Source of the DNA: Antedon mediterranea
Lineage: Eukaryota; Animalia; Echinodermata
DNA: 64,000 nucleotides
Reading direction: 5' to 3'
Assembly (NCBI RefSeq): GCF_964355755.1
Contig: NC_092677.1
Span: 19,614,101 to 19,678,100 of the forward strand
How positions within the stretch are numbered: the first letter of the stretch is position 1; every line of letters starts with the position of its first letter. The position numbers and the translations under genes were made by a program. The notes under the pieces were generated by a model. It was given only the letters and a program-made list of their open reading frames with translations, was not told where the DNA came from and searched no databases. Shown piece by piece: positions 50,259 to 64,000 of this stretch.

Positions 50259-53200
50259 CGCACCATGAAGTAACCAAGTTTACAGTTTTTATTTTATTGT
50301 ATTAAGCTCTCTACCCATGCACTTTCTCCAGCGGATCTCATTCATTTATAATTCATTTAATTTATTCAATATATCGTAATCGCAGCACAAGGCGGAATTA
50401 AAACTAATATTAACATGATAATGTACACATCAAACGGACAAAAAATCTAAAAATTTACAAATATAAAAATATAAAGGTACAACATTTAAGAATCGATAAA
50501 AAATATGCAAAATTGAAAATTGACAAAAAGCAGTACACAAACACGCGAGGAGAAATTGCACATGACGACCAATAAAACAAGAATCTTACGAGAAAGGGTA
50601 TAGCTTTTAGCATATCTTTCGGTTCGAGCACGTACGGGGGATGAGAAATTCGTTGGATTTTCTAAGGAGCATATTGTGAATATAGCTCCATGCTGTGAAC
50701 GAGAACAGACACATCAATGTGCAATATTATTTATATAATTTAATTCTTCTCGTATCAAGCGTCTGAAGATTAGTACTTTTAAGTGCGTTAAGAATTTTTA
50801 TTTCATGCACAAAATCCAGCAAATTACCATCTATATATATCTAAGTTTGGAGGATCGGGAAGGTGTTTTTTAAAACAAACTTTACATTTTGATGGATTGA
50901 GTTTGAGAAAGTTGTGACTAGCCCAGTTATCTAGATCACAAACGTCAGAATCAACAAAAGTGGGACAAGAGAGCGTTACCCATTCAGAGAGTTTGGAATG
51001 GTAACAAACTCTTTGGCGTCTGTTGGTTAAAAAGTCAACTACCCAATATTTCATTTCAAACACCAAGATCAAAAAGCTTTTGGATTGCAAGCGTAATATT
51101 GACGGAATCAAAAGCCTTGGTGAAGTCAGTCGCAACTAACGTACCGACTGTGTTTGGTTTGTCCAGGGAGTACAACTCCCTGGTTTGTCAGAGCCTTTAT
51201 AAAGAGTATCCAACATCTCAACCAGACAATGCGTTGTTGAGGATCCCTTAATTCCACCAATTTGATGATGATCAATTCGGGGGGGGGGGGGGGGGGGGTC
51301 GTTACAGACCCATTTACAAACAAACTCCTCACAGAAATTTGCTAGAATCGACGTGAGGGATATAGGGCGAAGATTTGAAACAGCAGCAGATTTAGATTTG
51401 GGGATAGGGGTAATATTGGCGTCTTTCCACATTGGAGGATGTAGGGTTGGAAGGTTAAGGCTGGTAGCTTATGTCGTTCAATCGGGCGGCTATTATGTGA
51501 GATTGAGGCAAAACTCTGATTGATTGCCTTAGCCATTTCAAAGTGGTCACTTTGGGGGCTCTCCGGGAACTAAAATGTTGGAATGGGATTGTAATTTATT
51601 GCTCATAATTTGGATTCCGTTTATACCAATTGGAAGGATCATTCTTTTTTAAATTTGAAAGGCGGTTTTGATAAAAGGATTTTTTTGCTGATTTGATAGA
51701 GAAAATGATTTTGTTCTAAGGAAGCGCCACAGGTACGTTTTATTTTGGAAAAAGGCTACTTGGCGCTTTTTAATGAGAATCGTAATTTCTGGGGTCATCC
51801 AAGGTTTGTCATTAATATGCATTTTAGAGGTTTTTAGTGAAAAGTGAGTGTTAATAGCGCTATTGACTGTACAATAACTGTAAAATAAATCGGCCTTAGC
51901 TTGGAGTGACTTAGCTTCAAGGACTTCAACCCAAGATTGGCCAGTTATCCACCTACCAAATTCAAACAAACATACGATGCTTAGGCATAGGTCTAAAAAT
52001 ACTTTTTCTAATACTACCATTTATCTATGGTCACTATTGCCCATTGGTGCACCAACAGCAATAAAGGTTATTAATGTTAGTAACAATAATGTCTAAAATA
52101 GCAAGTTCACGTGTAGGTGAGGTAGGTGTGGGTAAAAATAACACTGTCACGCAAAAAGTTTCTAATTGTTGGTGTCTATTACAGACCACCCTCTGCGGCA
52201 AGAGACTCAATTGAATTACTTTCACAATCGATTTACAATGTGCAATATGAATTTCAAAGTTTTAATTATGATATTTTATTGATGGGTGATTTTAATTTAC
52301 CAGAAGTTAATTGGTCTAATAATATTAATAATGATTTAATTTGTAATGCACCTGTAAATACAAATGGCAAATTATTTATTGACAACATTTTTAATGGCAA
52401 TAATTTAAATCAATATGTTAATTTTCCGACATGTGCTGATCACACTCTTGATCTAGTTTTGTGCAATAAGACATGCAGTGATGTTTCACCTGGCCAGGAT
52501 ATTTTTGATATAGATCACTTTGCAATAAATTTTAGTTATCCAATTAATTTTCTTTCTTCACAATGTAATTATGACTCTCGTCCCCTCTACAATTTAAAAA
52601 AAATGAATAAAGTTGATTTCATACGCTTACTCACATCCCATGGGATATTCATGATTTAACCGATGATGTTAACAATGCTACAAAATTATTTTATGATCTT
52701 GTATTAGCTACTGTTCATGATTTTGTACTTATTTTTAAACCCAAAAGAAAATTACCTCCTTGGTTTGACAATGAATTGTACTTAAGCTTAAAGAGTCTTA
52801 TTTTAAAGATAAGAAAAGAAATGGTAATCGGTTGAACATTGAACATTTTCGTTTTGCAAGATCTAATTTTGAAAGTTATGTGATTTTAAATATTGTAATT
52901 ATGTTGATTCTTTATGTCGTGTTGTAAATAATCCCAAGCGATTTTGGTCATGGCTCAGATCTTCCCGTGAGTCTTCAAGAATTCCTTCTGAGCTTCATTT
53001 TAGTGGTCAATCTGCACATTTACCAAAAGACAAAGCCAATTTATTTAATTGGTTTTTTTTTTCATTCTGTTTACAGCTGTAACGACGGAGTTCAAGACCA
53101 TCCGAATTTCCCTGAATCCATTGACAGTTTTAATTTTGTAAATATTGAACAAAATCAAATTCAGAAGCTTTTGAGTGAAATTAACGTACATAAAGCCTCG

Positions 53201-55204
53201 GGTTGTGATGGCATCAGCAATGTTATGTTATCTATGGCTTCTCAGAAATTATTTGAAAGATCTCTTAATAAAATGTGTTACCCAGACATTTGGAAGAAAG
53301 CCAGTGGCTGTCCCATCCATAAGTGGGGCTCCAAGTCTGATGTTAAAAATTACAGACCTATTTCGATAATACCTTCGTTGTCCAAGATTTTTGAAAGAAT
53401 TATCCATGATCAAATCTTTAGCCATGTCTGTTCAGTTATTACTGACAAACAACATGGATTTTTTCCAGTCAGGTCAAAAAATCAAAAAACCCATTCAATT
53501 TGATTTCAAGATTAATAATATTGTTCTTGAAAAAGTTTCTGTTCATAAGGATTTAGGCGTTATGATTGATTCTTCTTTAAATTTTTGTAAACATGTTTAA
53601 GAGTAACAGACTCCTTGGATTCATTTGGAGACATTGCAGACATATCAATGATAGTAAGGCATTGATTCTTATGTATAAATGTTTAGTTCGGTCTAATCTT
53701 GAGTTTTGCTCTGTTATTTTTAATTCAATTTCCTCTTCTCAGTCTATTAGGTTACAACGTGTTCAAAAAATGGAATGATGAACAAATTTTCAAATTTCTT
53801 GGTGATATTAATGAAAATGTTGATAAAAAGGATATTGATGAAGCCCTAATTAACCTTTACAGAACTTTAGAATATGTTTACATAAATACAAAAAAACAAA
53901 CACAAATACAAAAAAAATGCACAAAATTGCCCAAGAATACATGGTTTGATCGTCAATGCATAAAAAAGAAAATTATTATTCGTAGCATTCTTAATAAATA
54001 TTGAAAATACAAAACTAACACCCTATTAAAGAAATATCTGTTAAAGAAAAGGAGTTATAAAAAATTAATAAAATTTAAAAAAAAATAAACATAAAAATTC
54101 ATCACAACAAAAATTAATCAGGTTAATAACATAAACAGTACAACATTTTGGAAAAACCTTAAAACCAAACGACAACAAAACGCGACAAACATTACACTTA
54201 AAGGGGGGTTCCGGGTTTAAAATGAATAGTAAAAAATGTAAAATATATTTGTTTGTCTCTTGAACGGTAAAAGTTTCAATTTATATAAGCGTCCAGTGAA
54301 GCAGAACGAAGGCTGTGAAATGAGGCCAGATTACAAGTGCAGCTACGGCAAAATCACACTGTGGTTACAGAATACGAAATTCGTGAAATGGTCAATCTTC
54401 CGACGACTCGTTATCATTAACCATATCAATTACTTTTGTAAAATTATACTTATCTTATGTAATTTTAGTCGGTCTTCCCATTTATAAAATCAATTTTCTA
54501 TGAAAATCCATCAAAACAGTGAAAAATTAGATAAGTTTGCACTTTACGTTTGCCGATTTTCGCACTGACTTAGGGAAAGCCTTCAAAATCAATGAAGCGT
54601 AACGTATACAATCCTGCACCACCTGCTGAGCGAGGAGAGCGAGACGACGATACACGTGCTCTCTCTGCCCATGCCTGGCATCGTCACGTGATAAGCAGAT
54701 ACAGTATACAATACCAAACTGGTCGGGTCGAGTATATCACAACATGAACGATGTACAGTATTTGATTGAAGGTCGACTCAACCTACCGGAATGGTATAGA
54801 TAATATAGCTCGAATGAGAGAGTTGGAATATTTGTAAACATAAGTACAGTATTGCTAATTTTAACAAGTGTAGCCTATAGTAAAAGGCCTGGTAGTATCA
54901 ATTCGCATAGGGTCTACTACACTAGCTAGCTCAATTTTTAACTGGGCCGGATCGGCTAGGCTAGGCTAGCTAGGTCTCCTTCCTACTACCGGTCTACTTG
55001 CTTGATGCAGTATCCGCTTTTTTGGAGAGTAAACTAACTAGGCCTACTTATTAGACGTGCGGACGGCGATCGGACCTTGTTTTGCCTCAATATTTACAGC
55101 CGATTTTTGTAGAACGTTTTAGGTTTAGGCCTAGATTGTTTAGGAGTTTGGTTTTGATAGGATGGGTTTGGAATCCACTGAGTTTTGTTATTTATGGGCC
55201 AATC

Positions 55205-56849
55205 CTGGGGCGGATCCAGACATTTTTGAGAGGGGGGGTCCGGCGATAAAAAGGGCACATCAGATATTGAGTATTTGAGCCACAGCCCCCCCATGGTGGG
55301 GGTTGTGGCGAAGCGAATTTTGTTACAGAACACACTTAGATGGCCGGAAATGGCACTCTCGCACGCAAAATCCATGATAAATGGCACCTTTCTAGTTCGC
55401 CGGAAATGACACTTTATTAGCAGGGATAACGATGCAAAATTAAAAGTTGTTATTTTTCAACCAATTTAAACATTATCTGTTGGTATTTTGTTTCAATATT
55501 CCAATAAAGAAAGAATTACGAAAATCTGACTTGTTGTAGTTTTCGAAATATAGGGTCTAAAACATTGCCGAAAATGATCGTTTTTAGCCACGAACGTTGT
55601 AAATAAATTGCGCCATTTTTCGCTAAAATAATTACATATAATTACGTTTTATAGTAATTTCTTTTATATATCAACATTGGAAATATCAATAAAATATGTT
55701 ATTAAATGTTTATAAAATATATAGAGTTGTTTATTTTACGGAATTCGTACAAATTCATTGCTCTAAATTTGTGTCGTACCGTTCAGTACAGAGAGATCAC
55801 GTGACTTCTTGGCACACGCGAGAGAGAGAAAACATTCCGCTGTGGGTGATTCGCGTCCACCAATCAAATAGCCAGAATCCAAAATCATTCAACCGTGAGT
55901 TCTGCCGAACGCGGGAAGCGTTCGCGGGAAAGCTCAGCTTTGATTGGCTTACGATGACATTATATCACAAAATGGTGGTTTTGTAGTTGAGCCTCACGTA
56001 ATTTTCACAAATATTGTTTAAAAAATGAAATAAATGAACCTTCTTTATGGTATGTGTGATTTTTCTTTAAAAGATTTGAATAATAAAGGCTTCATATCGA
56101 TTTTTTTGGCACTTATAATAAATATTTCTCAGAGAAAAAAGCACATGGCTTGTAGAACTATATTATCTTGACAAACAAATCCCAGGTCATGAGAGGCTCA
56201 ACAACAAAAACAAGGTTGAATAGTGCAGGGAGTTGATTTTACAACTCCCTGAATAGTGTAAGGACCGTTCGATGATTTTTGAGTAAACAATCTACCGCGT
56301 ATGGTCGTACGCGATAGATAGTACGATATTTTAACTACATTTTTTACATGTTTGGTTGGATGTAATGGAAATAAAAAATAGTTGATCTGATGGAATGATA
56401 TGTAAATAAACAAATACTCAAAAGAATTATGTTTACAGTTCAATTATTTTCAGAATAATAATACATAAAAATGTGTTTACCAATGGACAAATAATCGCGT
56501 CAATGACATAGCGCGCATGGTAACGTACGCGGAGTTGAAACGTAAAAAGTTTACATGCGCCCTCTGTAGTATGTGAAACGATCTATTTTTAGAAGTTTAA
56601 GTAGAGATCATCACGCGTCACCTCCTCTCACGATGCTCTTTGATCGGCCGCCGTAACTTTAACATCGCGCTCATTGTGATAAATTTCTGTTTTTATTTTT
56701 GGGGTTAGTGTAGCCTACTCTGTGCATACTAATATACACACAAATATGTCACACGAATACAATATTGAACCTCTAAAAAAAGGGCACCCTTAAAATTTAG
56801 GGGGGGTCCGGACCCCGTGGACCCCCCCCCCCCTCTGAATCCGCCCCAG
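55205..56849. mobile_element. hAT-like non-autonomous element with 5-bp TSD nested in the Kolobok
   Basis: CAATC|ctggggcggatccaga ... tctgaatccgccccag|CAATC. Confidence 0.8.
56226..56251. mobile_element. 26-bp TIR-only element with 7-bp TSD
   Basis: AATAGTG|cagggagttg-atttta-caactccctg|AATAGTG. Confidence 0.75.
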
Positions 56850-59800
56850 CAATCGTTTAGTAATAGGCTAGCTAGGCCCATGAATGATGGCCCCAATGCA
56901 ATGTTTTAACGTAGCCATCGTGGCATGGAATCCCTAGTCAGAAATGGCTCTCACCCCGGCATGAATAAAATGATTTAGGCTAGGCCTAGCCTACTAGTAC
57001 GTGAAGCCGATATACGATCTGTACTATTAATTCGAGGTATAAAAATAGTATAATTTATGACTCCGTAATCTGTACTAAATTTTGTATTTCATTAAATGTC
57101 AAATAAATATATGCTACTACTGTTATTATTACACTTTAGGCCTAGCTTAGCAAATCTACAAAAAAATGTATTTCACAATGATCGGGTGGTCATCGTTTGA
57201 CAGAGGAGAGAGAACATAACGTACAAGCTTGACGTCGCGAGTTTGGAATCCACTGATGACGTGATTTTGTGAATATCTCATGAATATTAATGAGCTTCCC
57301 TAAGCTGCTGAAAAACAGACTTTCCATGAATTTACCCTAAAATGTATATGAAATTTAATTTTTTTAATTTCTCGTTATTACTTCTTCATTCTGACATGTC
57401 TATATTGTTATAATGTTTTTTATTTAATAAATAAACGATATTTAAAAGCAATTTTAAACCCAGAATCCCCCTTTAAAAAATGGCATGATTACTTCAAAAC
57501 AATGTTCCAAAATCAAACAAATAATATACAAGAAATCAATATAGAAGACGATAACGATAACAATTGCGAACATAACGATTGTTACAATGAAGAAATCAGC
57601 CGGGAAGAGGTAATTTATGCAATTAAAGCACAGAAAAGGGGTAAAGCTCCAGGTATTGATGGATTCCCAATTGAATTTTTTACTTGTATGCCAAATGCTG
57701 CTATTAGCGCAATTACGAACATTTTTAATAGTATTTTTACCTCTGGAAATTTTCCCCAACAATGGGCAACAAGCATTATTATTCCTATATTTAAAAAGGG
57801 TAAAAGAGATCAACCAGCAAATTATAGAGGCGTATCCTTAATATCCACTTTAGGCAAGGTGTTTTTATACATTATAAGCAATAGATTAAGCAATTGGACA
57901 GAAGAAAATGAAATATTACATCAAGAACAGGGAGGGTTTAGAAAAGATTGTCGTACTATTGATAACATATTTATTTTAGACACAATTGTTAACAAATATC
58001 TCTCCAAAAAAACGAGGAACTGTGTACATGGCGTTTATAGATTTAAAACGCGCTTTCGATTCTATTAGACACGATTTCCTTATAAGTAAACTAAGAAAAT
58101 CTGGTATAAAAGGTAAAATAATCAAAGTTATAAAAACAATGTATAGTAAACTAAAAGGGCATATAAAGGTTGGCAACAAAATTGGAGAATCCTTTAAATG
58201 TAAAGTAGGAATACAACAAGGGTCACCTTTATCTTCATTATTATTTAATATTTTTATTAATGATATAACTGAGTTATTACATACTGCTGAAAATCGAAAC
58301 AAAATAAAAATTGATAACATAAATATTAATCACCTACTGTATGCAGATGATCTAGTTTTAATCAGTGATATACAGTGTACTCATTACAAGATCTTTAAAA
58401 TAAACTAGCATATTATTGTAATAGGTGGGGATTGGTAGTTAACATTGACAAAAGTAAAATAGGCCTAATAGTATTTTTTTTAAATGGAAAACTTAAGAAC
58501 TACGAAAAGTGGAATTATCTTGGTAAAGAAATTGAAATAGTAAAATCTCTTAAATATCTTGGAGTCACTTTCGATTGTTCAGGAAATTGGGAAAAGGCCA
58601 GAGAACAAAATAATACACAGGCTAATAAAGCACTTTTTTCACTCAAAAATATAATATATCAGAAATATGGACATCTACCAGTGAATATTTGGAACTACTT
58701 ATTTGATGTTAAAATAAACCCAATTATGCTGTATGGTAGTGAAATATGGGGAAAACTAAACAACAACAAAATTGATGATATTCAAAATAATTTCTGTAGA
58801 TATGTTTTAGGGGTCAGGAAATCAGCCACAAATGTTTCAATTAGAGGAGAATGTGGACGATTCTCTTTATCAATCGAAAGTGTACTCAATGTTATCCGTT
58901 ATTGGGTAAGACTAGTAAATATGAACGAGGACAAATATGCGAAGAAATGTTATAAATCTCAACTTCATAAAGCGCAAAATAATAGTAATTGTTGGGTAAG
59001 CGATGTAAAACATATGTTATGCTCTATTGGTCATGGAAACATATGGTTTTCACAAAATAATGTCCTTGATAAATTTTATATAATTAATAAAATAAAAGAA
59101 AGGCTAACCAATCCTTTCTTGAAAGCATAAATATTTCTTCAAAATTAAGATATTATAAAATGTTCAAAAACAATTTCGGAGTAGATGGATACTTACTACA
59201 GACCCTTGATACTAGATATAAGCGAGCTTTAAGTCAACTAAGACTGGGCACACTTCAACTAGAGGTAGAAAAGGGAATATGGAAAAGAATAGAGCGCAGC
59301 AATAGGTTATGTAAAATTTGTAATATAAATGAAGTTGAAGATGAATATCATTTTGTTACAGTTTGCTCTCGTTACAAGGAAATCAGAAAAAATGTATACC
59401 TTCTTTATTTTTTGAAAATCCAAATACTTTTAAATTCTGCCGTTTAATGTCATCACAGGATCCAATAATAGGTAATCTATCTAAATATATTTATCATGCT
59501 TATAAGTTAAGATATATGTTTTGCTTAGAGAACGAAATTAATTAATTCATTTATCTTGTGACCATAAATTGCTTTATTTTTCAATGTAATTATTATTTTG
59601 TTAATTACTAGGGACCAGAGGCCTAAAGTAAATAAAGTCAGGCGATAAGCCTGAATGAATGAATGAATGAATGAAATAAGTTTTGTAGATTTTATTTCCG
59701 TAAATCTGGTCAAAATCCTGAGTTAGCTTTATTTAAAGATAGAAAGAATATATTTGATTTAATTTCCTTGTATAAATGTATGAACTCTGTTGTTGATGGT

Positions 59801-62800
59801 AACTTTATTTCTTATTTTAAACTTTCCCTTCCTGTTTATAGATTAAGAAATCCTGGGTTATTTTTTGTTCCACCGGGAAGGGTTAATGTAACTAGGGATG
59901 GTTGGATCTGTCGTCTTCCTAGATTATTTAATTATATTTGCTATTCGTTTATTGATATTTTTTGTGATACTATTTATTGTTTTCGTTGTAAGATTACTGT
60001 TGCTATTACATCTATTTAATTACTTTCTTTATGATAATTTGCTATGGTATTGATTTACCTGTAATTTTAGCTAATTGTGTTGTTTAATTAATTATCTATA
60101 TAAATTATATTTATTGATTCAATCCTGTTATGGGCGACTTTGGTCGCTGTTGGATGAAGATGAAATAAAATTTTAAAAAATTAAATAAAAAATAAAAGGT
60201 GTCATGACCACTTGTTTCATAAAGTGAGCACGTAAAATTGGGTTGATATCAACTCTGTTAAAATCGCCCAGTATGACGAAACCAATTTCCGGGTATCTTG
60301 TCTTTAACTGATCAACAGTAAAAATTATGTGGTCTGGTCAACTAGCGCTTGCTGATGTTTAGATTTTGGAAGTGTATAAACAGCACAGACATCTATCTCT
60401 GACACCTTGCGTGGGAGTCGGTAAGGACGAACATACAGCCACAAACATTCAATAACATCTTTAATCGGCGTTGTCTTTTACGTAGACGGCAACTCCGCCA
60501 CCAGTTTTTTCCTCTCTTAATTTAGTGAAAACATTAAAGCCATCAATTGATAAGAAATCTGTCGAGATTGAATTCGACTGCCATGTTTCTGTTATAACAG
60601 CTATATCAAAAGGGCATATACAGTTATTCTTAATAACGGCTTCTAATTCGTCAACTTTGTTGAGTACGGAGCGAGTGTTTGTAAGTAAAACACCAAGTAG
60701 ACCACCAACGGTTTTGGGAGCGAAATGAAAAATGTTCTTACCCAATTCCTCCAGATGCTTGTCTTTAGAGCTCATATTAACGTATATTAAATTGGCATTA
60801 GGCCTACGTACCATGGAGTTGGCATCACGAAAACTAGCGATATGTCCATAGCACGAAAAAACTAACATCAGAAAAAACAGTAACGTAATCCAGCAAAACA
60901 CACGAAAGGGACATCAAAAAACACATACAAGACATCAAATCCATGATAAAAAAACATCAAAACTACAACAGGAAACTAAAGTCTGGAGAGCGGCTAATGT
61001 AGCGCTACCGAGACGACAAACCACACACCAGATAAGTGGGTGGCTACTTAGTTTAATCGCTCCTTGAGCACTCTTTAGATCATTATAGAACGAGTGAAAC
61101 TTGGATACTCTACGAAGAACATCCCAATGCCACACAACCACACGACTACTTGAAATGTTTAATTGAGAAGACGGAATCCTTTTTTTTTCTTTATTGATGT
61201 CTCTGGGTTAAAGGCAAACACAAAAAAAGTTGTCCTCTATGCACGCCGCGGTGGTACAACATCCAATCGGTGTGAAGTTTGCAGTCAACATCCGCTTGCA
61301 ACGGAGATGGTCATGGGCTATATAAAAAGTTGTGAAACCAAATATTTACTGAATTATAACTTATTAAATATTTAAAAAATTACCTCTGGATCTAAAGGCT
61401 ATCAATTGTGGAATTTCCAGAGTCGAAGGTTAGTCACAATTTTAACAGGATTATTTATGTAGGCTTTATAACTATATTGTTATATCTTTCCAAGATTTGA
61501 AGTTGCCCTACGTTTAGGCCTACAGTATTCGTTTTCTTTCATTCTTAGCGTGTACATTATAGAGCATCGGCAATGCCACCTGTATTTTAACATTGGGAAT
61601 GCGAATTATTCGTTTACGTAAGGTGATTAAGTGCTATAACTTAAGCTACCACGTTTTTATCGTTGGTACAGAATCGTAATTATAAATACATCTACATTTT
61701 GGCGCTTATCATTATTTTTGATTTTACTTTGTAGTGTTTAAGATCACATGAAGGATCTGTACCTACAAATTCCATTTCATCATCGTATTCGGGATTGTCA
61801 GCGTTGGACCACCCGAGTCTGCTTATTTCCAGTTTATTGATCAGTAGGCCTATAGTAACGTACTTGTTATAAAACGTTACGCGCCTTAACATTTTGTCCC
61901 CATATAGCTAGTTTTCGATTTTTGTCTATCCAATCCAAGTAAACTTTTGTAATGAAAATCTTACAGTTTAATAAGTAATAATATAAGTGTATATTTGTTT
62001 TATAATACATTTTAAAATTTATCTTAAAATGTATTTGTTCTACTGCTTTTATGTCCAAGGGTCCCGGCAACCCGATAGATAGTGATTTAGTTCACTTTTG
62101 GAATGCCCTGTCTCATGTTCTGGTTGTTATTTATTATGATTATGTTTGTGTATTTTATTGTTTTGAGAGGAATAACTGAAATGAAAGTGTTAATGATATA
62201 AGCCCATGGAGTAAAGATAATAAATTCAAATTGTGTAATCTTAGTTTTTTGTGTATTTGTTATGTGTTAAAATGGTAGAAGGTCTAAATACTTAATTTAT
62301 AGAAAAGTATTGCAAAAGTAGCACACAAAAATACATATATATACCCATGATTTAAAACAATGCATTAAAAAATGTTTATACATAAAATTAAAAAAAACGG
62401 CTTATCAACGATACAAATGGTAACCATACAAAATGTGTTTAAAAAAACTTATATTAATTGAAATATAATAGGTCAAAACAAAGTAAAGATGGAAGAAGGC
62501 GCAGTCTCGGCAACAGCATCACTGCTTAATGTCGTTTCTTGCAGATCCGTGATGACAAAGTCAGTAATTGGTCTTGTTGCCAACGGTTTTATCTGATTTA
62601 TTTTGCTTTTCATTCACTTGTTTTTCTGCTTGTTTTTTCTGACCTTTCTTCTGCTTTTTCTTTTCATTCTTACTCATTTTGAGTATTTGCAGATTTTCCC
62701 CTTCGTCATTATTAATAGATTTTACTCTATTAATTGCATCTTTCATTATCTGTTCTACGCATTCATCTTAAAGTAAACGTGGAAGTTAATCAATATACAA

Positions 62801-63465
62801 AATGGATAGAATATAGCTTGTTGTTTCACGATATCCTTTATCTTGTCAATTAGGCTAGATCCGAAACGGTCTTGCTTTGCCATAATAAGTTGTTATATAC
62901 TTTATATGGGCAAGTATAATAACAGCGCACTTTGATAAAAGTACTTTGACAAATTATTAAAATAAAAACAAATTGTATCACGATAAAATTCGGAACTACT
63001 GTATTTACGGCCATTGGTTTGTTATACACTATTCCTTCACTTCAATATATGTAGGCTAAAAATTACGTACGTGGAGATAAAAAAAAGTGGACAAAAATCG
63101 AATGAAAACACATTGCTGCGGTAACACGAATTAAGTTTATTCATTTATATTTCATTTTTATTTCACTAGTTTTGATATTTTGCAATTAGTTCGTATGGGA
63201 GATTTGTTACGTAACTTGCTACTTTTGTAATTAAAGTGTGATCCACCTCAGAAACCCCGGTTTGACTGCCTTAATAATAATTCACATGGCATGATTATTA
63301 AGTATAATAAAAGCGTACTTTTCCCGGTCATGATATTTCTTTTCGTACATAAGACTCCTCATGAGACGTCACAAAATATGAATGAATATTCATTAATCAT
63401 GTCCATAAGCTACGTTAGAAATGAGCTAACAATTCGCTAATACAAAGGTTCTCTGTTGAGCTGTC

Positions 63466-63540
63466 TGTAGTCGAGTGAATTAAGCTATGGACTTTATATG
63501 TCGATGTATGGGGTTCGAATCCGATGAGCAAGTTCTTTTT
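63466..63540 (+). mobile_element. tRNA-derived SINE head
   Basis: tagtcgagtga (A-box-like) and ggttcgaatcc (B box) at tRNA spacing; no cloverleaf. Confidence 0.45.
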
Positions 63541-64000
63541 ACTTTATAGTGAGAGAGAGATTATTTAGAGGGTTAGGTTTAGTTATATTTAGGAACTTCA
63601 CTATTATCCTTTCACTCATTGTAGTTTTTATATTTAGTCTTTTTCGGTACCCTGAAACTAAAAGTCTTCATTACTGTTTTTGTCCTGTTTCCGGTTCCCG
63701 TGTTTTCTTTTTCAGTTTTTATGGGCTGGGCTTTTCTATACAAGCTTCGCTTTTTTGGAATGTTGCCCCTCTTATTTTAATCATATTTACTGTTAATTTT
63801 TATATTCTATGAAAGAGAAGAAGAGAAATATATGTTACTTTGATTAATTGATTGAATGATATCTTTCACATAAGGGGCCCCAACTTCTGTACGAAATTAA
63901 AAAAAAATTTTTTTTAACAAACAAACTGTCAACAATACAATTCGGAACTACTTACGGCCATTGATTTTGTTATAAACACGGAGTATTCCTTTACTCTGTA

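Larger units (their letters stand above)
54202..57472. mobile_element. Non-autonomous Kolobok-like DNA transposon nested in LINE C
   Basis: TTAA TSD (54198-54201, 57473-57476); TIR aggggggttccgggtttaaaat / attttaaacccagaatccccct; excision restores LINE C frame. Confidence 0.88.
53768..59674 (+). mobile_element. RTEX-like LINE 'C' nested in LINE B
   Basis: WFDRQC; NITL|KKWHDYF across Kolobok; KAPGIDG, YRGVSL, FIDLKRAFDS, GIQQGSPLS, YADD, KYLG, RLCKIC..EDEYHF; (tgaa)n tail 59652-59674. Confidence 0.88.
52120..60196 (+). mobile_element. CR1-like LINE 'B' (plus), 5'-truncated, nested in LINE A
   Basis: VGVYYRPP, MGDFNLP, LDLVL, YRPISII, KDLGV, YKCLVRSNLEF, RLQRVQ|NKFCR rejoining at ~59675; 3' stem-loop gcgac-tttg-gtcgc and A-rich tail; AGGTG TSD. 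Confidence 0.85.
50338..61020 (-). mobile_element. CR1/L2-group LINE 'A' (minus), split at 52119/60197 by nested insertions
   Basis: APE 60461-60901 (NTRSVLNK, ITETW, GGGVAVY); QVVMT|PTRELAILD rejoins across an AGGTG duplication; RT motifs RPISLTS, DFTKAFD; 3' tail ~50340. Confidence 0.85.

Overview
AT-rich eukaryotic (invertebrate deuterostome-like, echinoderm-type TAGGCCTA-rich promoters) genomic window, largely transposable-element derived. Two host genes can be reconstructed by hand with in-phase splice sites: NEURL2 (+, two coding exons 7018-7813 and 9688-9800; NHR domain + SOCS box, ~302 aa) and a CDYL-family gene (-, eight exons from 48867 down to 27283; chromodomain + crotonase-like domain, ~560 aa, apparently needing one GC-AG intron). 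The rest is decayed and nested TEs: RTEX-like, CR1/L2-like and L1/Tx1 LINEs, BEL/Pao and DIRS remnants, tRNA-derived SINEs, a Helitron, Helentron-type elements, Kolobok, hAT-like and Tc1/pogo-like MITEs and Academ remnants. Most notable: two type I hammerhead ribozyme motifs (one in sense inside the NEURL2 intron), a 4.8-kb foldback element with ~2-kb arms around an Academ XPG fragment, two 26/46-bp TIR-only elements with 7-bp TSDs resembling P-element excision footprints, a six-level nested TE stack, and an ECI2-type catalytic Glu retained in CDYL. All calls are from manual reading; no database searches were run.
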